Below, piece after piece: positions 20,119 to 28,253 of a DNA stretch of 64,000 nucleotides. Below the pieces are notes generated by a model, which was given only the letters and a program-made list of their open reading frames with translations, made no database searches and was not told the DNA's origin. The stretch is from Polyangiales bacterium. Lineage in GTDB: Bacteria; Myxococcota_A; Polyangia; Polyangiales; Polyangiaceae. The first letter of the stretch is position 1; each line of letters starts with the position of its first letter. Location of the stretch: the NCBI GenBank assembly GCA_038230375.1, contig JBBRNJ010000018.1, positions 32,001-96,000 on the forward strand. The letters are read 5' to 3'. Made by a program: the position numbers and the translations under genes.

Positions 20119-20133
20119 TTTACACATCTTTAC
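20119..20133. promoter_or_regulatory. TTTAC-N5-TTTAC (CpxR-type) box, with an extra inverted GTAAA half-site at 20110-20114
   Basis: TTTAC-ACATC-TTTAC 86 nt upstream of a Spy/CpxP-like gene. Confidence 0.65.
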
Positions 20134-20219
20134 CGGCTCGCGGCAGGCAAAGCACCGCGCGGGGACACAGACTCTCCTCGGGCCGGACCGACGAACGGGC
20201 TGGCTGGAGGTTTCGAAAC

Positions 20220-20801
20220 ATGGTCTGTGGGTCGATGTTCACGACGGCGCTTGCCGTCATCGTTGGGGTCGTGATCGTGAAGAAGATCCTGTTCCGGGCA
20301 TGGGCGCGTCGCCACGGGATGTCTGGCTTCGCCGGTCATCGCGGCGGCGGATGCGGTCCTTCCAGCAACGGCCGGTTCGGTGGCTGGGGACGCGGCCGCT
20401 GGGGCGGGGGAGGTGGCTTCGCAAGAGGACCGCGCGCGTTCCTGCGAGGGCTATTCATGCGCCTCGACACGTCGCCCTCGCAAGAGAAGGTGATCGTCGC
20501 CGCAGTCACCGAGGTGCGTGAAGCCGCGTCGCGCGCCAAGGAGAATGCCGCGCTCGCTCGGGATGACATCGCACGCGCCATGCGCGCAGACGTGATCGAT
20601 GAGGCCGCGCTCTCGTCCGCGCAGGCCAAGGCCGAGCGCGCGACCTCCGACGTGCGCGTCGCCATTGCAGAGGCGCTCCGCCGCATCCACGAGGTGCTTG
20701 ACCCCGCCCAGCGCGCGAAGATCGCTGACTGGCTCTCGACGGGCCCAGGCTTCTTCGGCGGTGACGGCGGCGGTGGTCCTTACCGAAGCGTTTCGATATG
20801 A
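20220..20801 (+). CDS. Spy/CpxP-like (LTXXQ / heavy-metal sensor family) protein
   Basis: GGAGG RBS; N-terminal TM; Gly-rich stretch; LDTSPSQEK and VLDPAQRAKIA motifs flanking a helical hairpin. Confidence 0.75.
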   Translation: MVCGSMFTTALAVIVGVVIVKKILFRAWARRHGMSGFAGHRGGGCGPSSNGRFGGWGRGRWGGGGGFARGPRAFLRGLFMRLDTSPSQEKVIVAAVTEVREAASRAKENAALARDDIARAMRADVIDEAALSSAQAKAERATSDVRVAIAEALRRIHEVLDPAQRAKIADWLSTGPGFFGGDGGGGPYRSVSI

Positions 20802-20819
20802 ACGCTCCACGCTGAACCG

Positions 20820-21344
20820 CTACAGCGTCTTCTCGAGGATCTCGAACCTCAGGTCCCCGCGCTTTGGAACGCCGAAGCGCGGGTTTCCGTACGGGAACGG
20901 CTTGTGCTTTCCGGTGCGCGCGTAGCCGCGCCGCTCGTAGAACGCGATGAGCTCCGCCCGGATGTCGATCACCGTCATGCGCATCACGCGTGCGCCCCAC
21001 TCTTCCTTCGCGAAGCGCTCCGCCTCGGTCAGGAGCAGGCGGCCGGTGCCCTTGCCCTGGATGTCTGCGCGGACGGAGAACATGCCGAAGTACGCGACAC
21101 CCTCGGCTTCCTTCTCGAGGTTGCAGCAGCCCACGAGCACGCCGCCGTCCTCATAGAGCAGCACGCGGCTCCGTGGGTTCGCGATGATCTCCCGCATTTC
21201 CTGGGCATCCGTGCGTTGCCCTTCCAGGAAGTCCGCCTCGGTGGTCCAGCCCTTGCGGCTCGCATCGCCGCGGTACGTCGCTTCCACGAGGAGGACGAGC
21301 GCATCCACGTCCTTGTCGTCGGCGAACCTGAAGTGTGTACTCAT
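20820..21344 (-). CDS. GNAT family N-acetyltransferase
   Basis: YRGDASRKGWTTEA, FSVRADIQGKGTGRLLL, LIAFYERRGY. Confidence 0.9.
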   Translation of the reverse strand: MSTHFRFADDKDVDALVLLVEATYRGDASRKGWTTEADFLEGQRTDAQEMREIIANPRSRVLLYEDGGVLVGCCNLEKEAEGVAYFGMFSVRADIQGKGTGRLLLTEAERFAKEEWGARVMRMTVIDIRAELIAFYERRGYARTGKHKPFPYGNPRFGVPKRGDLRFEILEKTL

Positions 21345-21357
21345 CGTTCCGCTCGGC

Positions 21358-22164
21358 TCAAGCCGCGCGCAGGTGACCCAGTCCCATGCGCTCGGCGACA
21401 CTGTCACGGTAGCGCGTCCACATCGTCAGCGCGCGCTCGCAGACGTGAATCACGCCCTCGGCGATGGACTCGGACTGGTCACGCTCCAGGTTCGAGCTGG
21501 GCTCGAGGCTGGTGAGGACCATGCGCCACGCGTCGGAGCGATGTCCGCCCTCCACCTGCGCGTGGACCTTGCGCAGGACCATCGCGCTGACGGGGCAGCC
21601 GTAGTAGCGGGCGAGCGGATGAGCTGCGAGCGCGGCGTCGCTCGTGTCGCGTACGAACGTGCCGGCGAGCTCCTGTCGCTCGTTGATGCTGCCCTCCACG
21701 AACACGGTGAGCAACGCGACAGCGGCCTGCCACGGCGCCTCCACCGTGGTCTCGCGCAGGAAATCTCGGTACTGGCGGGCGGCGGGTGAGAGACGGGCGT
21801 CCTCTCCCACGTCGGCGAATTCCTGCCGAGAGAAGCCCAGGCCCTCCATCATGCGCAGGAACAGCTCCGGATGCGGCGCGGTCCTGGACAGGCCCCCGGT
21901 TTGCTCCTCGTAGAGGTTCTCCGCGAGGGACACGCGAATGTGAGAGATCGGCGGCACCGACCCCATCGCTCTTGCGATGAGCCACGGAAAGTCGCGCACG
22001 TAGACGGCGTACTCGTGGGTGAAGTGCGTGAGGAGCTGCGCCTTCGTGAGGCCCGGCATCGTGAGCGCCGGGTACGCGAAGTGAGTCTTCCGGTCCATCA
22101 CCGCAAGAAGGCGTTCCTTGGTCTTTTCTGCGAGGGGCGAGAGGTCGGTGAGGTCCGTCGACAT
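21358..22164 (-). CDS. Heme-oxygenase-like diiron protein (TenA/PqqC/CADD superfamily)
   Basis: ENLYEEQTGG....HPELF, VEG, VHAQVEGGH metal-ligand pattern. Confidence 0.75.
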   Translation of the reverse strand: MSTDLTDLSPLAEKTKERLLAVMDRKTHFAYPALTMPGLTKAQLLTHFTHEYAVYVRDFPWLIARAMGSVPPISHIRVSLAENLYEEQTGGLSRTAPHPELFLRMMEGLGFSRQEFADVGEDARLSPAARQYRDFLRETTVEAPWQAAVALLTVFVEGSINERQELAGTFVRDTSDAALAAHPLARYYGCPVSAMVLRKVHAQVEGGHRSDAWRMVLTSLEPSSNLERDQSESIAEGVIHVCERALTMWTRYRDSVAERMGLGHLRAA

Positions 22165-22244
22165 GCTCCTCGGATCGTGTCACCGGGAACCAAGAAAGGC
22201 ACGTTTCTGGCGAAGTCCGGGCCTCCTCGGGTATGTGCTGGAAA

Positions 22245-23528
22245 GTGAGCCCCACCAAACTGTCCCGATGCTCCGGAGGCGCGAGCCTCTTCTTGCTCGC
22301 GCTCCTTGCCGCCTGCCATGGCCAGAAGTCTGACGATCTCGCGTCGAAGACGGAGACGCGCACGGCCATGTTGAACGGCGCTGGAGGCGCAGCTGATGGC
22401 GGATTTCAGCCCACCCCGATCTCCTCGGGGCCCGCGCCCAGCCTCGTCGCGGCGCTCGGTCCCAGCACCACGGACTCCACGCAGACGCGCGCGCACGCCG
22501 CCTCCGCCGCCGCTGCCGGCGCGTTGATCGATATCGCGGCGGGCTCATTTCTCACCGGGAGCACGCCCGGTGATCCGGGCCGCGAGCCCGCGCTGGAGCC
22601 CGCGCTTGTGCCGGCCACGCTGAGCCCGTTCCAGATCGACGCGCTGCCATACCCGAACGACCCCGCGCAGAAGCCGAAGGTGGGCGTGACCCAGGCCGAG
22701 GCCGCGTCTCTCTGCAACCAACGCAGCGAGCGCCTCTGCACCGAGCTCGAGTGGGAGCGTGCGTGCAAGGGCGAAGCGGGCGACATGTTCGCCTCTGGCG
22801 CGAGCTGGGATGCGTCATGCGAGTCCGACGTTGCCTCGTGTGCGAGCGCTTCGGGCGTGCGCGGGATGGGCGTGCTGCCCGAGCACACGGCGAGCACGTT
22901 TGCCACGTCCGACAACTTCGTGGTGAAGGGCTCGCGCTCCAACGCTGCGGGCACCGACATCGTCGCGGCCAAGCGCTGCGCTTACCGCGGCAAGACCGAT
23001 CCGGCTACGGCGCGAAACGTGGGCTTCCGGTGCTGCAAGGGCACCGCGAACACCGTGGAGGTCTCGACCATCGAGTCGCGGCCCACGTTCCGCAAGACGA
23101 AGATGGACGCGGCCCAGTTCACGAAGATCGTCGCCGAGCTGCCGGAGCTGTCGCGACTCGGTGAAGGCCTGCGGTTCTTCGAGCTCGGTGACATCGCGAA
23201 CGTGACCGGCCGCTCTGGTGCGACACACGAGGGCATCACGTTCACGCCGTTCCCCGTTCTCTGGAGCCCCGAGCTGGGCACCGAGCTCCTGGTCGCCACG
23301 GGCCGCAGCAAGAGCGCGTCGTTCGTGGTCGCGCTCCATGTGCTCCCGCACGACAAGTACCGCGTCGCCTCCTCATTCGTGATGCTGAACGACGCAGCGC
23401 CGGTGGTACTGGCCTACGAGCCGTCCAACCGCAAGCAGCTCCTGTGGAGCGCATGCTGGGGCTGCGCCGGCGAGCAGGGCGCCATCAGCGTGCGCGAAGA
23501 CCACAAGGCGATGATCGTCCAGTACTGA
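22245..23528 (+). CDS. Lipoprotein with FGE-sulfatase (SUMF1-like) domain
   Basis: Lipobox LLAAC; ID..PYPN, RLCTELEWERACKG, VGFRCC. Confidence 0.75.
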   Translation: MSPTKLSRCSGGASLFLLALLAACHGQKSDDLASKTETRTAMLNGAGGAADGGFQPTPISSGPAPSLVAALGPSTTDSTQTRAHAASAAAAGALIDIAAGSFLTGSTPGDPGREPALEPALVPATLSPFQIDALPYPNDPAQKPKVGVTQAEAASLCNQRSERLCTELEWERACKGEAGDMFASGASWDASCESDVASCASASGVRGMGVLPEHTASTFATSDNFVVKGSRSNAAGTDIVAAKRCAYRGKTDPATARNVGFRCCKGTANTVEVSTIESRPTFRKTKMDAAQFTKIVAELPELSRLGEGLRFFELGDIANVTGRSGATHEGITFTPFPVLWSPELGTELLVATGRSKSASFVVALHVLPHDKYRVASSFVMLNDAAPVVLAYEPSNRKQLLWSACWGCAGEQGAISVREDHKAMIVQY

Positions 23529-23530
23529 GG

Positions 23531-23836
23531 ATGAGCAAGTCGCGGAAGGATCGGCGCGAGGTGCAGCGCGAAGCGGTCAAGGATGCGAAGCGTCGCCTCA
23601 GCGTTGCCATGCGGCAGCGTGGTGGCGCGCCGGAGCTGCCAGAGCTCGTGGACTCGGCCTCGGTCATCGAGGTGATCGCCCGCGGCACTCCATGCGTGGT
23701 GTGCGGAGCCGAGGTCGCGGTGGTGGAGCACGAGGCAAGGACGCTCGTGGGGGCTCCGGTCCGCGTGGTCCACGTGAAGTGCCGGATGTGTGGGATCGCC
23801 CGGAAGACCTACTTCCAGATCGCCGCCGCCAACTGA
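23531..23836 (+). CDS. Small zinc-ribbon protein (CxxC...CxxC)
   Basis: CVVCG...CRMCG; starts 2 nt after the upstream stop. Confidence 0.7.
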   Translation: MSKSRKDRREVQREAVKDAKRRLSVAMRQRGGAPELPELVDSASVIEVIARGTPCVVCGAEVAVVEHEARTLVGAPVRVVHVKCRMCGIARKTYFQIAAAN

Positions 23837-23890
23837 AATTCGCGGGAAAATCGCCCCGTACGCGCGAACCCGAAAAAAAGATCGCTTTGC

Positions 23891-23917
23891 TGCATCCAGA
23901 ATACGTCGGCCCACGAA
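23891..23917 (+). promoter_or_regulatory. Putative SigK-type ECF promoter
   Basis: TGCATCC-N16-CGAA preceded by an A7 tract (23873-23879), upstream of the DUF4397-sigma-RskA operon. Confidence 0.55.
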
Positions 23918-24130
23918 AGCACTGTTTGTAACGACGACACCGACGGTGCGGCCCCCAAGAAGGGCCCGCTGGCAACGTGGGCGGCGTTTCGGGGGTGGGG
24001 AGCAGCGCAGCGAAAGCCGCGCAGACGCTCCCTTCTACCTACGGCGGTTGCTTGATCTTGGCGCGGGTCTTCCGGCCCACGTCCGACATCCCATCGCCCG
24101 CGCACGCGGGCCACTTCCAGGAGAAAACTC

Positions 24131-25669
24131 ATGAAGACGATCCACTCGTTCGGCCTCCTCTTGTCTGCGCTCGGAGTCGTTGCTGGTTGCTCTGCCGACG
24201 GCTCGCAATACAAGACGGAACCCGGTCCCGACGGCCAGCCCGCAGCGGGGCAACCTGCAGGTGGAGGACAGCCTGCCTCGCAGGCCGGCGGCAACACCGG
24301 ATCGGATCCCACCGCGCCCGCTCCCGTCGCGCCCGCAGGCAAGGCGATGATCCGCGTCGTGCATGCGTCTGCCGACGCACCGCAGGTCGACGTCTATGCA
24401 AAGGGCAGCGCGACGCCGCTCGTCACGGGCCTCGGGTACGGACAGACGTCTTCGTGGATCGAGGTCGCGTCGGGCAAGGTCGAGGTCGAGCTCCGCGCGT
24501 CGCCTTCCACTGCACAGAGCCCGCTCGTCTACACCACGGGCGCTCTGACGTTGCCGGACACCGCGAACGTCACCGCGGTCGCCGCGGGGCTCCTGTCCTC
24601 TTCCGATACCGCTGATGGCTTCCGCGTGGTGCCCGTCGTGAACGCATTCGCCGCTGCCGCGAAAGGCACGACGCGCGTGCGCGTCCTTCATGCAGGCGCA
24701 GACGCCCCCGCTGTGGGCCTGGATGTGGGGAATGACGATCCCACGATGCCCGAGGTCGCAAGCCTCGCGCGGTTCGCCGACACCGGCGCATCCGGCGTTG
24801 CGCTTCCCTCCGGCAAGCCTCTGGCGATCGGCATCGACGCGGGTGGCGCGCGCGTCACTGCGTTCACGACCCCGGCGCTGCCCGACGGTGGCGACGTGCT
24901 CCTCATCGCGACGGGTCTGCTCGGCAAGCTTGCGCGTGAAGGCGGAGGCTTCTCGATCCTCGCCGTGGGCTCGAACGGCAACCTGGGCTTCATCAAGCAA
25001 GACCCGATCATCTACACGCTGCACGCGTCGCCGGATGCGCCAGCCGTGGACGCATTCGTCGGCGACGCGAAGATCATCGACAACCTCTCCTTCGGCAAGC
25101 TCACCGCGCCGATCCAGGTGCAGCCGGGAAGCTACGGCATCGACGTGTTCGCACACAGCGCCGGCGCCGCACGCCCCGCTGGTAGCCCCGCGCTCGCGGC
25201 GCAGAGCGGCAAGCTGCTGGCGGGCGAGCGGTACCTCACTGTCGCCACTGGCTTCCTTGCGCAGAACACGCTGTCGCTCCAGGCCGCACGTGAGGGCTTC
25301 GATCTGACCGACGGCGCCGCGCACCTGCGCATCGTCCACTCGTCTCCGGACGCGCCGGCCGTCGACGTCGGTCTGCTCTCCTCCGCAGGCACGTCGATCT
25401 CCCCGCTGTTCTCGAACATCAAGTTCGGCGGCTCGTCGTCGGACACCGGCCTCTCGACCATGCCCGCGTCGCTCCCGATCGGCGTGACGCCCGCCGCCGC
25501 CGACACCACGGTCGTGGCCCGCTTCACGGTCCCCGCAGCCGCGAACGAGCGCGCCTTCGTTGTTGCCGCCGGCGCGCTGTCACCGCCCCACGGCGCGCAG
25601 GGGTTCCGTCTCGCGGTGATCGACACCGCTCAGTCTCCTTGGACGGTCTCGCACGTGTTCGCTCACTGA
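24131..25669 (+). CDS. DUF4397 domain lipoprotein (four repeats)
   Basis: Lipobox VVAGC; repeats RVVHASADAPQVDV, RVLHAGADAPAVGL, TLHASPDAPAVDA, RIVHSSPDAPAVDV; AGGAG RBS. Confidence 0.88.
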   Translation: MKTIHSFGLLLSALGVVAGCSADGSQYKTEPGPDGQPAAGQPAGGGQPASQAGGNTGSDPTAPAPVAPAGKAMIRVVHASADAPQVDVYAKGSATPLVTGLGYGQTSSWIEVASGKVEVELRASPSTAQSPLVYTTGALTLPDTANVTAVAAGLLSSSDTADGFRVVPVVNAFAAAAKGTTRVRVLHAGADAPAVGLDVGNDDPTMPEVASLARFADTGASGVALPSGKPLAIGIDAGGARVTAFTTPALPDGGDVLLIATGLLGKLAREGGGFSILAVGSNGNLGFIKQDPIIYTLHASPDAPAVDAFVGDAKIIDNLSFGKLTAPIQVQPGSYGIDVFAHSAGAARPAGSPALAAQSGKLLAGERYLTVATGFLAQNTLSLQAAREGFDLTDGAAHLRIVHSSPDAPAVDVGLLSSAGTSISPLFSNIKFGGSSSDTGLSTMPASLPIGVTPAAADTTVVARFTVPAAANERAFVVAAGALSPPHGAQGFRLAVIDTAQSPWTVSHVFAH

Positions 25670-25698
25670 ACGTAGTAAAGGAGCCCCTCCGAGACCTC

Positions 25699-26253
25699 AT
25701 GCTGCCCGTGCTCCTTCCCCGCATCGCGAATGGCGACAAGACAGCCGTTCGCGAGTGCATCGCGCGATATGGCGGCCTCGTATGGTCGCTCGCGCGGCGG
25801 CTATCGCCGAACGACGCGGAGGACGCGGTCCAGGACATCTTCGTGGACCTCTGGAAGAGCGCGAGCAGGTTCGACCCCCAGGCGGGAACAGAGGTCACGT
25901 GGATCGCCACCATCGCGCGCCGCCGGCTCATCGACCGGCGGCGCAAGGTGCGGCGAGACCCCCAGACCGAGGCGCTCAGCGACCACCTCCCCAGTGAGGG
26001 TCAGATGCCCGCCGAGGTCGGCGCCGAGGCCAATTTTGCGGCCCGCGCGGTCTCGCAGCTCCGCCCCGAGCAGCGCCAGGTGCTGGTCCTCACCACGTGC
26101 CATGGCCTGACCCACGAGGAAGTGTCGGCGGCCACCGGGATGCCGCTCGGCACGGTGAAGGCGCACGCACGACGCGGGCTGATGGTCGTACGCGATGCGC
26201 TCGGGCTCGGCGATCCAAACGCCCCGGCCCAGCGTACGGAGGGGTGGACATGA
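25699..26253 (+). CDS. ECF RNA polymerase sigma factor (SigK-like)
   Basis: DAEDAVQDIFVDLWKSASRFDP, TWIATIARRRLIDRRR, GLTHEEVS..TGMPLGTVKAHARRG. Confidence 0.92.
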   Translation: MLPVLLPRIANGDKTAVRECIARYGGLVWSLARRLSPNDAEDAVQDIFVDLWKSASRFDPQAGTEVTWIATIARRRLIDRRRKVRRDPQTEALSDHLPSEGQMPAEVGAEANFAARAVSQLRPEQRQVLVLTTCHGLTHEEVSAATGMPLGTVKAHARRGLMVVRDALGLGDPNAPAQRTEGWT

Positions 26254-27140
26254 ATTCGATGTTCGACAGAGACGCTCGCCTCCGCGAGCTCTACTGCGAT
26301 GCAGCGCTGGTCGGTCTGGATGCAGCGGAGCAGGCACAGCTGGCGCAGCTGCTGGCGGAGACGGGGCGACGCCCTGGTAGTCCGGAGGAGCAGAGCTACG
26401 AGCGCGTCGTGATCGCGATCGCACTCGCAGGCGCGGCGTCCCGTCCGGAGCCCATGTCACCGGCGCTCGCAGAGAAGGTGGCGATGCGCGCGTTCGAGGT
26501 GATGAGCTCGCCCATGTCGGCACCCATGTCGGGACCGATGGGCCCGCCGAGGTCTGCGCCCGTCGTGCAGCTGTCGTCGCGACGGTTCCGGACGGTCGCG
26601 ATCGTGGGATGGATCGCCGCCGCGGCGTGCTTGCTGCTCGCAGTGGGCGCGATCGTGAAGCGCCCGCGCGAGGTGGTCGTGACGAATACGGTCGTGGTGC
26701 CGGCAAGCGCTCCCACCATGATCGCTCCGCCGCCGCGCGAACGCCCGGAGGCGCAGCGTCAGGCGCTGCTCGCGCGGCCAGGCACGGTGAAGATGGAGTG
26801 GGCGGCCACGAAGGATCCGGCGTCCAAGGTCGCCACCGGTGACGTCGTGTGGAACGCGAAGGAGCAGACTGGCTTCATGACGTTCCGCGGGTTGGCGAAG
26901 AACGATCCGGGAAGCTTGCAGTACCAGCTGTGGATCTTCGACAAGTCGCGCGACGCTCGTTATCCCGTGGATGGCGGCGTGTTCGACATCGACAATGAGA
27001 CTGGTGATGTGGTCGTCGCATTTCATGGGCGGGTGCCCGTCGGAGACGCGAACCTGTTTGCGGTGACTGTGGAAAAGCCAGGCGGGGTGGTCGTTTCGAA
27101 GCGGGAGCGGATCGTGCTGACCGCCAAGCCTGCCGTGTAG
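26250..27140 (+). CDS. Anti-sigma factor, RskA family
   Basis: ATGA overlap with sigma; TM GWIAAAACLLLAVGA; QYQLWI, PVDGGVF, FAVTVEKPGGV. Confidence 0.9.
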   Translation: MNSMFDRDARLRELYCDAALVGLDAAEQAQLAQLLAETGRRPGSPEEQSYERVVIAIALAGAASRPEPMSPALAEKVAMRAFEVMSSPMSAPMSGPMGPPRSAPVVQLSSRRFRTVAIVGWIAAAACLLLAVGAIVKRPREVVVTNTVVVPASAPTMIAPPPRERPEAQRQALLARPGTVKMEWAATKDPASKVATGDVVWNAKEQTGFMTFRGLAKNDPGSLQYQLWIFDKSRDARYPVDGGVFDIDNETGDVVVAFHGRVPVGDANLFAVTVEKPGGVVVSKRERIVLTAKPAV

Positions 27141-27158
27141 TGCGGGCGGTGGGGCGGG

Positions 27159-27188
27159 CACGTTCACGTTCAGGTTCAGGTTCACGTT
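27159..27188. repeat. Five-unit CA(C/G)GTT hexamer tandem repeat between convergent genes
   Basis: cacgtt cacgtt caggtt caggtt cacgtt. Confidence 0.75.
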
Positions 27189-27194
27189 TGCGGG

Positions 27195-28253
27195 TCAGAG
27201 GGAGAGGACCTTGTCTTCTCCGAGTGACTTCAGCTTTGCGTCTACGATGCCGAGGAGCTGATCGCGGCGGGACAGGAGCGAGCGGCGCTGCTGTTCGGTG
27301 AGCAGAGGGGCGCCGGTCTCGTCCAGGCCCAGCGCTCGGTCCAGCGACGTGGCGTCCAGCTTTCGCGTGGCTTCGATCAGGGCTCTCGGGAAGCGGTCGG
27401 CTCCGTTCACCAGCGTCAGGTGCTCCTTCACCAGTTTCTCGGGGACTGGTTCGAAGAACGCACCGTCGTTGTCCACGAAGAGCAGGTGCTGCTTCTCCGC
27501 GTCGAGCCCGACGTTCGCTCCGCTCCACCGATCCCAGTTGCCGGTCAGCGTGTCGAACACGAGCAGTGACGATATCTCTGGCGCTAGCTCGTGCTGCGGG
27601 CCGTCCGGCGTCGCGCCCGCACGCAGCCACGCGCGCCACCGCGAGCGAAGCGGCTCCGCCTCGAGCGGGATGAACGACAGCCCCGTGATCCACGGCATCA
27701 GGGCGCCGCGCACCTTCCCGTCGTGCGTCTTCACCTCTGCGTCGAAGAGCGTCTGCCCGTCCGCGTTGCTCGCCGCACGAAGCGCGTTTGCCGGAAGCGA
27801 CACGAGCAGCGCCGGCGGAACGTTCGTGATGCCCAGCACGCTCTGCAACCGAAACGCCGCCGCCTCGCTCCGGTATCGAAGCCGCCCACGCGAAGACTCC
27901 GGCTTGAACGCAGCCACACGCCCATCATCGAAGGTGATCTTGAAGACGACGGAGGTGTGACCGATCGGCTTCGCCGATTTGATCGTCGCGTCAGCGAAAT
28001 TTTCGGCGGTCGAGAGTGAGGTCGAGGTCGAGGTCGAGGTCGAGGTCGAGGTCGAGGTCGAGGGTGAGGTCGAGGTCGAGGTCGAGGGTGAGGTCGAGGT
28101 CGAGGTCGAGGTCGAGGTCGAGGTCGAGGTCGAGGTCGAAGTCGAGGTCGTCGTCGTCGTCGTCGTCGTCGTCGATCCGCTCTTGCACGCCACGCCCAGC
28201 GCCATTGCGGCGATCAGCGTGTGCGCGAGCGCGCTACGCGAGGATGCGGTCAC
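27195..28253 (-). CDS. Lipoprotein with Ser/Thr tract and atypical protein-kinase-like domain (Fam20C/Four-jointed/PI3K-PI4K-like)
   Basis: Lipobox LGVAC; AAFKPE (beta3 Lys), YRSEAAAFRL (alphaC Glu), GALMPWI, FDTLTGNWDR (catalytic loop), LFVDNDGAF (metal binding). Confidence 0.7.
   Translation of the reverse strand: MTASSRSALAHTLIAAMALGVACKSGSTTTTTTTTTSTSTSTSTSTSTSTSTSTSPSTSTSTSPSTSTSTSTSTSTSTSLSTAENFADATIKSAKPIGHTSVVFKITFDDGRVAAFKPESSRGRLRYRSEAAAFRLQSVLGITNVPPALLVSLPANALRAASNADGQTLFDAEVKTHDGKVRGALMPWITGLSFIPLEAEPLRSRWRAWLRAGATPDGPQHELAPEISSLLVFDTLTGNWDRWSGANVGLDAEKQHLLFVDNDGAFFEPVPEKLVKEHLTLVNGADRFPRALIEATRKLDATSLDRALGLDETGAPLLTEQQRRSLLSRRDQLLGIVDAKLKSLGEDKVLSL
28018..28173. repeat. (GAGGTC)n then (GTC)n tandem repeat encoding a poly-T/(ST)n linker
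   Basis: Directly visible tandem hexamers and trimers. Confidence 0.95.

Noticed and set aside
20145..20215. Loose resemblance of the CpxP-like leader (GGCAAA...GGGAC...CTCC...GGAG) to a c-di-GMP-I riboswitch
   Set aside because: Lacks the GNRA tetraloop and the GCAAAG junction; an Infernal search would be needed to rescue it
21358..22164. Calling this gene pqqC or tenA
   Set aside because: No pqq or thiamine-salvage neighbours; only superfamily-level similarity is supportable
28018..28173. Tandem repeats as a CRISPR array
   Set aside because: Hexamer/trimer microsatellite with no unique spacers and no cas genes in the window
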